In this document: in pieces, positions 37,899-50,987 of the stretch | Numbering within the stretch: position 1 is the first letter of the stretch | Layout: each line of letters opens with the position of its first letter | DNA from: Callorhinchus milii | Lineage: Eukaryota | DNA: 64,000 nucleotides | Assembly (NCBI RefSeq): GCF_018977255.1 | Contig: NW_024704743.1 | Location: 73,906,001 to 73,970,000 of the forward strand | Direction: 5' to 3' | Translations under genes and position numbers: made by a program | Notes under the pieces: generated by a model | What the model was told of the DNA's origin: nothing | Databases searched by the model: none | What the model saw: only the letters and a program-made list of their open reading frames with translations

Positions 37899-38505
37899 GT
37901 AAGTGCCTTGAGGAAAAACAGATTTATAAACATGGGACTTGCTGAGATAACATTAACCGGATGTATAAAGTCCCTAATTCCAGAGAGAAATTACTGAGAC
38001 AACTTCCCAGTGCTTAGGCTGACAGCTTCTTCCCATGGATTGAGTTTGTTTGCCATAGTTGCTGGTGATATAGTTGAAGCAGAAAGTGAAACATTCAAGA
38101 GAATACCAACGAGATGTACGGCCAGATGCTACAGACTATAATTAAAGATTGCACCTTTATCTTAATGACTACAGTACACCCCATAATAATGTGTTTTACT
38201 GCTGTGAGAATTAGTTTATAACATGGTTGCACTGTCCAGGTCCCAACAACAACTTGCATTTATATAGCTCCCTTCTCATGGGTAGCGTTTTAACAGCCAT
38301 TTGTGGGGCATTGCTGTTGGTCTCCTGTGAACCATCAAGCAAAGGTTGCGATGCACAAACCATGAACCAGAGGGTGGATACAGTTTCATGGTTGAGAATG
38401 GTATTGGTTGCCCAAACCCCAATCCATGGACACCAATCTCGATCCCGATATATGTGATCCAAAAATTGTACACAAAAAAACTTTGGACTGTTTTTCTTTC
38501 CCTAG

Positions 38506-38628
38506 ATAAGGACTGCAGTGATTTGGGCCACCCCTGATGCCTCGCTCTCCATCCCGTTGTGGGTCATAATTTTAGCCGTGCTGGTTGGCTTGCTGGTTCT
38601 GGCTATTTTGATCCTAGTCATGTGGAAG
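38506..38628 (+). CDS. ITGA8: ITGA8 transmembrane exon: IRTAVIWATPDASLSIPLWVIILAVLVGLLVLAILILVMWK
   Basis: ccctag|ATA...AAG|gtacgt; 123 bp; classic IPLWVII...GLL...WK integrin TM helix. Confidence 0.97.
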
Positions 38629-40185
38629 GTACGTGTTCGCATTTCCCGTTCCTCCCCTGTTACACCTCATAAGCACTGATCGAAAAACCAAACGGATTAA
38701 CCCTTCAATCACATAACTAAATACACAACATTTGTATTGTGAAATCAATGGGCAACATGATATTATTTGTTCTGTACTATAATCAGACTATTTCAAATTG
38801 ATCAAATGTCATTGTTTTGCATCTTCATCTAGATTAACATAATCAGTATTTCCTGAGATGTACAATATAATGCGACCTATGCTTATATAGTGCCTTTCAC
38901 ATCAGGAGACATCCCATATTGCTTGACATGGACACCTGAGCTGGGGATGGGAACTGAAGGGGATGGAGAGAGGAAAGTTGATCAAAAGTGCAGTGAAAGA
39001 GTTACATCTTGAGATGGACCTAAGTTATATAATAACCATGATATTGAAAGTTAGAAATTTTCAACACAGAAGGAGGCCATTTGGCCCACTGTGTCTTCCG
39101 GATATCTCCCTTCATTTCTTGCTGGTGTCATTTGGTAGACATAGTCCAGCAACTCAAACATCAGATTGGAGATGCTGCTTGCCATAGAGAAACAAAGTGT
39201 GTTACTAAGAGAAATAGTTATTTATTTAATCCATTTTTTGTTCTTTTTACAATGGGGCCAAAATTCATGTACTTGCCTCAGGATACAAAATTGATTTGCA
39301 AATATCAAATCCAAAAGTAGGATGACCGATATTGGACACAATATTCAAACTACAGACTAACTGACAATTTATATAAGTTTAGCATTACCTCATTGCTTTC
39401 ATTTTATTTACTCCTGTTTTATGAAAGCTAAGATTCCATTAGCTTTTTCAACAGTTTTGTCAACCCACCTTCCCACCTTTGGTCTTCCATTCTTTTTAAT
39501 ATCTTACCATCCAACATATATTTGTTCCCCTTACTCTTCCTCACAAAATATATAACCTCACATTTGTCTGTATCCCGTCCCTAAATCCAATCCACTCTGA
39601 AATATGACAGTTTTGTTGACATTGAACTAAAGCTGAGGTCCCAAGCTCAGGAAGTAGTGACATGAGATTGTGAACTGAGCTAATATTTGCTTTCCTGTTA
39701 AAATGGAGGAAGTCTATAGCTTTACAGAATTAATCTAGGATAGACATTCCTTTGATTTTATAGGATTGATCATTCCTGAAACAAATAAAACTGCGGCATT
39801 ATTGCAAACAAGCGTAATTACCTTTTGTAACATTCAGTAATGCACTGACGATGACAAATAAAGACATCACTTTTTGTTTTACCAAACACATCATCAAAGA
39901 GATAGAATTCATTAAAGGATAAAAAAATCAAGCAATGGCTAAGATATGAAAGGGGTTATGGTATGTCACAGAGTATGTCCCATGTCATTGTTGTGATGTT
40001 ACAACCAGCCATGACTATTGTGCCACCTGGTGGTTTTATGTTGCAAATGCATCCTAGGAGTGCAGAGAAAATGGTTATATTTCGTATTTAATCGACCTTG
40101 ACTGGTGTGGATGTAAAGGTTCCATTCTCATGAAACAGATTTGCAATTGTCAACTTTTACTATGATTTCTTGAAAATTTCACAAC

Positions 40186-42394
40186 AAGGGCAGAGTGACC
40201 ATAACGTGATGGAATGTAGCATTAAGTTAGAGAGTGATGTTGTTAAATCCGAAGCAAGGATCTTAAATTTAAATAGAACCAACTTTGCAGGTATGAGAGA
40301 GGATTTAGCTCAAATAGATTGGGGAATTAGATTAAAGGATATGACCAGCAATGGCAAACCTTTAAGATATAGTACATAATTCCCAGCGATCACATATTCC
40401 CTCGAGGAATAAAAATACCACAGGAAAAGTGGTTCAACCGTGGCTAACTAGAGCAGTTATAAGAAGAGACCCATAATACTGCCAAAAGTAGTAAACCCAT
40501 GGATTGGGAGGGCTTCAGAGACCAACAAAGAAAAACTAAGAAACTGATTAGGAGGGAGAAAATGGATTATGAGGGCAAACTAGCTAGGAACATAAAGATA
40601 AATTGTGAGAGTTTTTACAAATACATAAAGAGAAATAGCAAGAGTGAATGTGGGTCCATTACAGGCAGAGATGGGAGGAATTATAATGGGGAATAAAGAA
40701 ATGGCAGAGTCATTAAACAAATACTTTGCTTCTATCTTCACATTAGAAGACACTGAAAATTTACCAAAAATAGAGGGGAACCAAGAAGCTAATGCTAGTG
40801 AGCAACTTAGCGAAATTAACATCAGTAAAGAATTAGTACGAGGGAAACCTTTGGGATTGAAAAATGACAAATCCCCTGGACCTGATGGCCTGCATCCTAG
40901 GGTTTTCTCTGGATCCTGGAACGGTTCCCATTGATTGGAAGATCACAAACATAATACCACCATTTAAGAAGGCTGGGAGAGAGAAGATGGGGAAGTATAG
41001 ACCAGTCAGTCTGACATCGGTGGTCGGAAAAATTCTAGAATCCTTAATTAGGGACGTCGTAGTGGGGTACTTAGAGGACCATAACATGATTAGACAGAGT
41101 CAACATGGCTTTACAAAAGGGAAGTCATGCTTAACAAATCTTTTAGAGTTTTTTGAGGATGTAATTAGCAGGTTAGATAGGAGGGAACCAGTAGATGTAG
41201 TATATTTAGATTTTCAGAAGGCATTCGACAAGGTGCCACATAAAAGGCTGCTACACAAGATTAAGGCACATGGAATTAAAGGCAATATATTAGCGTGGAT
41301 CGAAGAGTGGCTAACGGGAAGAAAACAGAGAGTAGGGATAAACGGGTCCTTCTCAGATTGGCGGGATATGACTAGTGGAGTGCCACAAGGATCAGTGCTT
41401 GAGCCTCAACTATTTACAATCTATATCAATGATCTAGACGAGGACATAGAACTTAAAATATCTAAATTCGCGGATCATACTAAGCTACGTGGGAGAGTAA
41501 GCTCTGAGGATGACACAAAAAGATTGCAAAGGGATATAGATAGGTTAGATGAGTGGGCAAAAAGGTGGCAGATGGAATATAATGTGGGGAAGTCTGAAGT
41601 TATTCACCTAGGTAGTAAAAACAGAAAAGCAGATTATTTTCTCGAGGGGGAGAGACTAGATAGTGTTAGTGTTCAGAGGGATTTGGGTGTCCTTGTACAC
41701 TAGTCACAAAAAGTTAGTTTGCAGGTACAGTAAGCAACTAGGAAGGCTAATGGTATGTTGGTGTTTATTGCAAAAGGGTTAGAATACAAGAGTAGGGAAG
41801 TCTTGCTGCAACTGTATAGGGCCCTGGTGAGACAGCACCTAGAATATTGTGTGCAGTTTTGGTCTCCTTATTTAAGAAAGGAAATACTCGCCTTAGAGGG
41901 GGTGCAGCATAGATTCACTAGGTTAGTTCCTGGGATGAGGGGGTTGACCTATGAGGATAGGTTGAGTAAACTAGGCCTATATTCTCCAGAATATAGAAGA
42001 ATTAGGGGTGAGCTTATAGAAACATATAAGATTCTTATGGGGCTTGACAAAGTAGACAGTGCAAGACTATTTCCCCTGGTTGGAGAATCTAGAACTAGGG
42101 TTCATAGTCTCAGGATTAAAGGTCAGCCTTTTTGAACTGAGTTGAGGAAACACTTCTTCACTCAAAGGGTAGTGAATTTATGGAATTCTCTACCCCAGAA
42201 GGCTGTAGATGCTCAGTCCTTCAACATATTCAAGACTGAGATTGATAGGTTTCTAAAGGATAGAGGGATTAAGGGATATAGGGATAAGGCGGGCAGATGG
42301 AGTTAGGTTAGAAGATCAGCCATCATCTTATTGAATGGCGGGGCAGGTTCAAAGGGCCGAATGGCCTACTCCTGCCCTGATTCCTATGTTCCTA
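40186..42394 (+). mobile_element. CR1 LINE, 5'-truncated, disabled ORF2, in the last ITGA8 intron
   Basis: SDHN, KSPGPDG, YRPVSLTS, QHGF, YLDFQKAFDKVPH, GVPQGSVL; catalytic FADD reads FADH; stops, frameshifts and an internal deletion near 40905; tail cctactcctg...cctatgttcct. Confidence 0.96.
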
Positions 42395-42965
42395 AACATG
42401 AATGGATTCAACAGTAATATTTAAATTAAACTAATAATAATAATCTTTGTATTTGACATAGTCCCTTATCATGTCGTCGACATGCTTCACAGGATATAGA
42501 GTAAAGTGGATTGACTGTATTTTGTAGATGAAACACCATAAGAAGAGAAGCACTGTTGTAAAAACTCCTTGTGAAAGCTTTAATGCCCAGCTGTTGACCA
42601 TTATTGGACTGCAAATTGTCTTTGTTATATATGTAAAATATATTTAGTTTGATGTTCAAAACAAGATGGATCACAGTATCTGGACATTCTGTTATAACCA
42701 GCAGTTTATTTTTGGCTGGCACATGTGAAAATCCATCATCATGTTGAAGAGAATCCAAACCAGACAATTTCCACACATGCATGTCACCTAAGCATAGATA
42801 TTTCCCATTTCTATGGATTGGAATGTGCCCTTTCTCCCCAGAAGGACACACTCTGCTTTGCCTATTTCTTGCAGTTTAGATGTGTGTATTTTTGGGGGCG
42901 GTGGTATGGGTGGCGGACCAGATAGTTGCAATGAGCACTTGCTTAAGCTTTTCCTCTTTTCACAG

Positions 42966-43052
42966 TTTGGCTTCTTTGATCGAGCTCGCCCACCTCAAGA
43001 CGACATGACAGACCGAGAGCAACTAAACCCAGAAAAGGCTACAGAGGCATAA
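42966..43052 (+). CDS. ITGA8: ITGA8 last coding exon (cytoplasmic tail): FGFFDRARPPQDDMTDREQLNPEKATEA*
   Basis: tcacag|TTT...TAA; GFFDR-ARPPQ-D/E-DMTDREQL is the alpha-8-type tail (most other alpha chains have GFFKR). Confidence 0.97.
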   Translation, partial: FGFFDRARPPQDDMTDREQLNPEKATEA

Positions 43053-43759
43053 GAACTGCAGCTGCCTTACACCACTGAACAGGGACTTGACAGACGTCTC
43101 CATAAAGACTGAAAAATTCTTCCTTGCATATGCGTTTGATCACTGTGAAGAAAAAAGTACTAACATCAAATGGACTTCAAGCAGGACAACTTAGCAGTTA
43201 AAAGTGCCGTTGTGTTCCTTTGTTAACAGTTAGCATTCTGACAGACAGTGCTAATAACACCACACAATGCCCCTCTATTACCATACAGGGATTTGTTTTT
43301 AAAGTTACATTTGTCTTGAAGTATATTTTTTAAGTGCAAGTGCTGTGCACTTTGTAAACCAGATAAAATGGTAACTTCTTTGCATCTGTCAGCAGACACT
43401 TTTGACTTATAGAGTCAGAACCTGCGGAATGATGTTGATGTCATGGGTGTAGGGTTTTAAATGTACTTCCTTACCTTTAGATTGTATGCCTTCACTGTTG
43501 AACAACTGATTGGAAATACAGTAGGTGACTAATAGACAATCATAGAGCATTGTCAGACAGTTGCAGAATTAATGGGATAAAAATTACGACCCATGATGTT
43601 TTCTTAATTATCACAAATAATGAGTGCCATTGAGACACTTGACAGGTATTGGCTACTCTATGGATATGCAATCCCTCTTGCTCCATCATAGTAGTTTTGC
43701 CCAAAGTTGCCTACAGCCACCAGTGAACTGCTAATTCAGGGAATACCAACTTAACTCAA

Positions 43760-44165
43760 CTAAATCATCATCCTCATACTTCATATATTTTCTTTCATGA
43801 CTCAAAGCGTTTCACACGATTTAATGTCAAAGGTAGTGACTGGTAGGGGAATGTGGCAACCAATTGGGCACAGTAATTTCCCACAAACAGCTGTGATCAA
43901 TTTTATTTGGGGGATTGTTGGCTGGGGCATCAGGAGAAACGTTCTTCTCTTTTCAAATACTATCATTGGATCTTTCATGCCCTCCTGAACAGACAGACGG
44001 GATATCAGTTTAATATCTTGTCCAAAGGATGGTTCCCCCAACATTCCAGCATTCTCCCAGCACAGTATTGGAATGTCAATCTAGACTATGATGCAGGGCT
44101 TGAATCTACAAATTCTGACTCAGAGTCAAGAGTGATACCAATTGAGCCAGGCTGGACACAAGTTA
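43760..44165 (-). mobile_element. Deu-domain SINE (family B) antisense within the putative 3'UTR
   Basis: Colinear with the other family-B copies; head ends attgagccaggctg. Confidence 0.75.
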
Positions 44166-45421
44166 AGCTGGTGTCCCATGGACAGCAAGTCCAACACCTA
44201 CTACATGTGGTTTCAGTCCAAACCATGATAGAGTGAAGGTACACCCACCAGCATAGTTTACGCTCTTCAGTTATCAACCGTCCACACCACATTTATCAAT
44301 GATGTGCTAATTCTCACCAATAATAGCTGACATATCACTCATGGCAATTTACACCCTGACAAACCCTGAATCAGCACTAATAATTATCCTTGCATTTTAT
44401 CATGTCGTCAAAACATCACAAAGCACAGCCTTTGTAGTAAAATCTAGTGACTACGTATTTGTAGGTGAACCCGGAAGCCAATTTATACACACAAGTGTTC
44501 CACAAATGGGAATGAATTGAATGACCACTTAAGGACAAAGAAAGAGACTCTTCACAATAGAATGAAATTGTTTGGCAGTGAGGAAATGAACAAGTTTGTA
44601 GATGAATTATTTTGTCTGAAATGAACAAGTAAATCCAGACAAATAAGGTCGTCGAAAGATAAGGGAATGAATGCCTGCCACATTAATTACCATTGTGGTA
44701 CTTCTTATGTGGCTTATACAAGAAATCATGCACTTGTGACATCAATTTTCATGTGAAACAATTTAAACCATGACATCATCCCTACACTGGCGGTGGGAGT
44801 AACCGATTTAAAACGTGCAATATTTTCTATATGTATTTATAAGTTCCTGCAGCATGTTTACACTGGGATTTAGCCATCTGTGGATCTTACATTTAAGATT
44901 TATTTTTTACCAGTTTTGTATATGTTTAATGAGCTGTATTAAGGCAATCATCTTTTAACTGTGCGGAACGATCACTGATGAAGAATTGCAGAATCTCTTC
45001 ACAATGTTGGCGGTCAATTTCCAGTCACATATAATGTCGATGTTCGGATAGATTTTACTTTTATATAAGTGTTAACGTGCTGGTATTTACAAATCATTCA
45101 GTTTCTTTGTGAAAGCTAAGTTGTTATGTTAACTTATACATCATTTTGGAATATTTCTCATTCAATTGAAAGATATCCACTTTTTTATCAGAAACTATTG
45201 TATTATAAACATACACTACAGGTATGGTTGGTTAGGTTTGTGTGATTGTGGCTGGCAGCCAGCGGGTTTATTAATCAATGATGCAGGATCACTTGTGACT
45301 GATAAGGTTGTATATTTTTTAACAGGAGCGAGGTATCCAATTCTTCTGATGTTACATTTTTAATTTTACATATATGTATATCTGACAAACCGGTGGCCAT
45401 GTACTTTTTCTTAATCAAAAT

Positions 45422-45427
45422 AATAAA
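45422..45427 (+). terminator. Probable ITGA8 polyadenylation signal (AATAAA), implying a ~2.4-kb 3'UTR
   Basis: First AATAAA I found after the stop codon; preceded by a U/A-rich stretch typical of 3'UTR ends. Confidence 0.55.
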
Positions 45428-45451
45428 CATGAACAGTTAACACTGGATGTA

Positions 45452-45870
45452 TCACAACAAAAAATTACATTATATTGCACCTTTCACATAGGGAGGATGC
45501 CCCAAGTAAAGCACCCAACCTGGAATGGAGACAGGAGGGATTGGGAGAAGATAGCCAAAGACGTACTCAAAGAGAAAGTTTTTCTTTTAGACAGAATTAG
45601 AAAGCAGAGTGGGAGAAGGCAAGGCAGAGGGATTTAGGCAGCATTCCAGAAGACAGGAAAGCTCACTCAACTGATAGCAGACATAGGTTGGCAGAGTGAA
45701 AGGGACAGGAGGGCATTTGAGATCTTAAAGTTGATCTACTGGAGACAGGAGTGGAAGCCATTAGAGGAGACATAGTGAAGACACTGGGATAGATAGGATT
45801 GAAAACAGAGCAGTGCAGAATCACCAAAGTGAATCCATGAGAGCTGATGATGATGGAGGAGGATAGAATC
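45452..45870 (-). mobile_element. Degraded L2 3' end
   Basis: caacaaaaaattacattatattgcacctttcacatagggaggatgccccaag tail followed by purine-rich L2-like sequence. Confidence 0.6.
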
Positions 45871-48800
45871 ACCCAATAAATATGAGATAACTGCAGGAAA
45901 TACCCCTAAGAAAATAAAAATGAATAAGCAAGAGAAAATGGAGTAGCATTTGGGACAGAAAGGATAAACATTTAACCTTATATATATATATATATATATA
46001 TAGTGCAGCATCTTTATAACACAGAGTTTTGGGATTCATAAAATCTCAACCTGAGTTATTGCAAGGCAGCTGGCCAGCTTGCTTCCTGTGTGTCAGAAGC
46101 TTCCCGCACTAAATGAACAAATGTCCAAATTCCTGTTCATCAAATCACCACTAGAGTTACTTCCATACGTGTTATAACATCACATACCTAATTGCTCTGA
46201 GCAAGTGATGGTATCGGTGACCCGGTAAATCAGAATTAAGTCATTTTCTAAGCATAGGATGCTAAAATCGCCAACTTCCTGGTCATTAGGTCCCTTCTTA
46301 TGTCACTTCCTGCTTTGCCGCAAGCATGCTAATGAATGGGGTCCACGGTGCAAGCACGTGATCATTCATTTAGAAAGCAGCTTGATGCAGTGATGGGGGA
46401 ACCATAGGGTGGGTGTCTGGAGGGATGAGATTGGATGGGCTGAAGTGCTTTCTTCATTCAGACCAATCTTGTGATCTTATGATGAGAGAATTCACATCAT
46501 GAGTGAGGTTGCACATAACAATCCAGTACTTATATATCATATATGGCACCCAGAATATTAAAAGGGAAAAGGTTCAGAGAGATGGATGGGAAGGGGAAAA
46601 CAATTGAAATTGACAAAGTTAGCTCACCATCCCATTTCTGGTGCCTCTCAAAATCTCCAGTGCTTTAAAGTTCTTGTTGGAGACATGGAAAAAATTGAAA
46701 TGTGATCAGTGATGTTCTGGAAAACATGGTATCAAAAAGCCCAAGATAATTTCTTTACCCGAACCTCTCTTGTGATCTCAAGTCATTCTTGTTCTCTTTC
46801 CTATTTTTCAATTACTTTTTTTATTGACTTTAGTCCTCTCGTGCCACTTACCATTTCATGTCTGAAAGGGCAGGAGGGTGACTTGCTCCTATGCTTTTTA
46901 CTGTGTGTGGTTGCTTATCCAGGAGGATGCACAAGTAGGTGTGGATCAATTCAACTTTGCTGTCCCCATCTTTTTCTTTTGGGAAGCATTAATCCATTAG
47001 CTGGGCAATTTAAAGGCTAACATCATTCAGGACATTAATATTACTTCAATAGTGAAAGCATTGTGAAGTATACAGACTTGCAGAGTAATTCTGAATGTGC
47101 TGGAAGGATACTTGCACAGCAAATGGCATAGCAGATGTGATCAATCCTTTTCTTTGTACTTTGCTCTTTTGAGATCCGGGTTGATATGTTCCTGGCACAG
47201 AACTGGGTGATCTATTTTGATGCATACTTTTCTTCATAAGTCACTTGATGGTTCGACCTCACTGTTTATAGAAAATTCCTGTAAAATGATAGGAATGTAA
47301 GACAAGCCTTCTTTAGTAAAAGAGCACGGCTTTGTACAGGGTGAGAGTAAACATGGAAGCTAATCCTTTGTTTATTTCCTTCTGCACAGTTGTATTTCAT
47401 CTGGATATTTCTTTGGCTTTTCATTATTGGTGATATTTTCTTTATAAATAAACAGTCATGGAAAAAGTATGGATAAAGATTGGCCATTAACCACCAAGCT
47501 TCTCGGTATGATTGTAGGATGCTAATGTTTTGAAGCTCTTTTATTATTGTGATTAATAGACATTGGCTAACATCTACGCTAACAACTGAAATTTATTCGC
47601 AGAACTCAGAAATACAAATCATTAACCAGTTTACCAAAACATCATGCTGACAAAAATATTCAGTTTCTCTGACCCCATGGCAGCAGTCAGTAGCTTCTTC
47701 TCTTTGTTGAAGTGCCACAGTGATTTATTCCAGTGATTCTGTTTCTTTGTGTACTGTGTCCTGGGCATACAACAAAGTTAATTTAAAACATTGACCCTTG
47801 GCTAAGGAATGAGAATACCACAACATCTGCATTTGGTGGCTTTAGAAGTGCTTAGTTTGAGCCATTATTCCAAGGATTAGGTTTCTCTGTCCACTGCGTA
47901 ATGCTCAAACAGCAAACTTACTTAAAAACTTTGACCGGCAGCTAGTAAGCAATGCTCAGAATAACTCACCATCTGCATTTGATGCCTTTGGGGTGCTCCT
48001 TTCACACCACTGACTGTTTGGCTCAGTTCTGGTTTGCGCATAGTCTGGTCACACAGGACATCAGAGCTTGAACAATGTGCACCCACCACTGAATGATGGG
48101 ACACACTCTGTGCCTGGAATTCCCCACACAGTGAGAAAGATCAAAGTCTGCATCTCCCAGGCTGCTCTCCCACATCTTTACAGTGAGTTAAAAGAGCACT
48201 ATGACATGGATTTGGAACCAGGTCAATAACAACATCTTAAACTTAAATAGCGCCTGTCATGTAAAATAAAACAGAGTGCATTTACACCACAAGATTAATT
48301 AGAAATGAAGTGAATATTGGGAAAGAAAACGCGGCAGCTAATCCATGCTTCCAAAGTCTTACCAATAATAATAAGAGTAAATAATAATCTTTGCATTTGA
48401 TCTAGCACCTTTCATGTTAGGAGGATGTCACTTCAAAGGATTTACCATAAAATGTACTGACTGTTTCTTAAAGGCAAACATAATAGCCAATTTGTGCACA
48501 GCAATATCCCACAAACAGCCATGAAATTAATGATTAATTTTATCTGTTGACAACTAAGTTGAGTTTTTGGAATGAATTCAGATAAGGAGGGAATGTAGCA
48601 CAGGACAATGGGAGAAACTTGCCACTTTTCTTCAAAATAGCGGCCGGAGTAGGAGGGAGGTGAAAGCCTTAGCATTATGCCACCGGTCTGCAAATCCAGT
48701 AGTTAACAAAAGAAATTGTAGTTAACAAAAGAAATTAACAAGTGGAAATAACAAATAAATGTGAAAAGAAAGTTTCTATCTGTAAGGCTCCATCCAATTT

Positions 48801-49394
48801 CAACCACATGTTATAGAAAGAAATAACACTGAAAAAGTAATACAGCAACATGAGGCTTTGCACATCAGCAGTTGTGGGCTTTTTCAGGTTAGAAAGCGAG
48901 TGATTTGTTTCCCTATGTCGAATTTTCCTATCAGACTTGATGTTGCATCCTTCTGGATGTTAAGCTGAGGTCCTATCTGCCTGTTTAGGTGGGCACTAAA
49001 GATCTGTGATGAGGAAGGTGTCCTGGCCAACAATCCCCAAGATAAAATTGACAATTTACTTATTTACATAATGCAAATTGAACCCCAGTATTCTTTCCAC
49101 TGACTCTCTAATTGTTTTTTTTAACAGTTCTACAATTTATTGTGTACAAATTGGCTGCTGGGTTTGGCTACAAGAATACAGTAAAATTCTATGAAGCAAT
49201 TGAGATGTCTCAGCAATGTGATAAGGTGTTATATCCAATGCAAGGACTACTGTATCTTTATAACTGAGGTAAACTGTCTTGGGAGTGGAATTAACAAGGG
49301 GAAATAACAAATAAATGTGAAAAGAAAGTGTCTATCTGTAAGGCTCCATCCAACTTCAACCACACATTATAAAAAGAAATAACACTGAAAACAT

Positions 49395-49675
49395 GTTTAA
49401 GTATCTCCAAACTAATCCACTCGGTACATATATATGGCTTCTATTCATCTGGTATGGAGTGTGCACTCTCTCCCTGGAGGGATGGAACCTGATTACCTAT
49501 TCCCTGAGAATTGAAGTGCAGGTTGATAAGATCAACTCTGCGAATCCCAGAATTTGCATGTGGGTGGTGCTGGAGTTTAACCAGCTAAATCCATGCAGCC
49601 TACTATTGCAGAGCACTGACAAGATTCCCTCCGTTTGTTCAGCTAGGACCATCCAAGCAGCTTGCAGTGTTGACA
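49395..49675 (+). repeat. Unclassified repeat, family X
   Basis: ctctccctggaggg...ttacctattccctgag...tttaaccag...gagcactg...cagctaggacca, colinear with 63380-63690. Confidence 0.65.
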
Positions 49676-49883
49676 AAACTACGACCTACAGGGCCGTCAA
49701 GAAGCAACCCCTACCCCTACGCACACACACACACATTTCAGTAGTCTATAAATCCATGCTAGATTGAAAGTGTGTTTCCAGGTTTTTCTTGATTGAACAT
49801 TTCTTGATTTATGGAAAAATTCAAGAGATATTCAATCAAGAAAATGTACTTTGTCGGCTGACCAAAATGATTAGCCACCACTG
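49665..49883. mobile_element. hAT-like MITE with an internal hairpin
   Basis: CAGTGTTGACAAAACT...TTAGCCACCACTG ends; homologous to 62957-63152. Confidence 0.6.
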
Positions 49884-50987
49884 GCCTCTAGGGTTTTGGC
49901 TTGCAGGGTTTATAGGAGCCAAGTGAAAAGAATAACAGTCTTTACATGAGGATTTATTTGAAATCGTCACATAGAGACAATACTTAAGAGGGGCCTTTTC
50001 ACCATGTTTGTTGGTGCAAGGAAATTTAAAGAACAAGGGAAATCACTTCACAATGGGGGCAGAAACATAAATAAATAAAAAGTACTGGAATTGAACAGTT
50101 CTGTTCTGCAAATCTTTGTTTCAGATGGGGCGGAAATATGGACACATGTTTGAAGGGAAGTTTCTGAGCATAATATTTGCTTGGGGAAAAAATTGAAAAC
50201 TGGAAAAACACAACAAAGGAAGAAAGAGATAATGACAAACAGGAAGAAAGAAGAGATGACTTTTTAATTGTTAGCATTGTTTAAATTGGCGAGACTGCTA
50301 ATAATGTGGTTCCCTGTGGTTGAAACGCACATGGGAACATTGCATAGAGCGTGGGAAATAGGAAGATGACATATGGGATTATAGAATGGGATCTTAAAGT
50401 TCTTAAAGTGGCAGGCCACCCATTTAGCTTTCCCATGACAATTGGTCTTCAGAATATTACCCATGGGTGGGATGCAGGCCTAAATCAGCATGTCAGCCTA
50501 ATAATGTTAGTTTTGCCTCAGCTGGTAGCACTCACCTTTCTGGATCCGAAGGTTGAGAGTTCATCATGTTGGACCTTGCACTCATTTGGGGAAATATTCT
50601 GGTAATTGTTACACATATCACTTTTGGTGATCTCAGACACTAATGGGATTTCACATCATAACTAAACACCAACAAAAGTGCTGTGAACAACTCCTAACAA
50701 GAATTTCCCCCAATTATCCTCCTGACGTTCCAGAGTAGTGCCCGTACTATGTTATTGTCAAATATACCAGAATTATACCAAAGTCCCCTTAAGGTGGATA
50801 TAAAGTTTCCATAGTACTATACAATAAGGAAAGTGCTTTCCCCGAGTCCAGGGACAACAATTACCCAGTTAAATTAATCTTTTCTTTTATCAGTGTAACT
50901 TCTGACGTGGGGATTGAACCCACACTTTATTAAGTAGAAGGATGAGAGTTCTAACAATTGAGCCAAGCTGACACTTTAATAAGACAG

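Noticed and set aside
40864..41703. 279-aa ORF as a host or functional RT gene
   Set aside because: Fragment of a truncated CR1 with FADH in place of FADD, flanked by stops and frameshifts.
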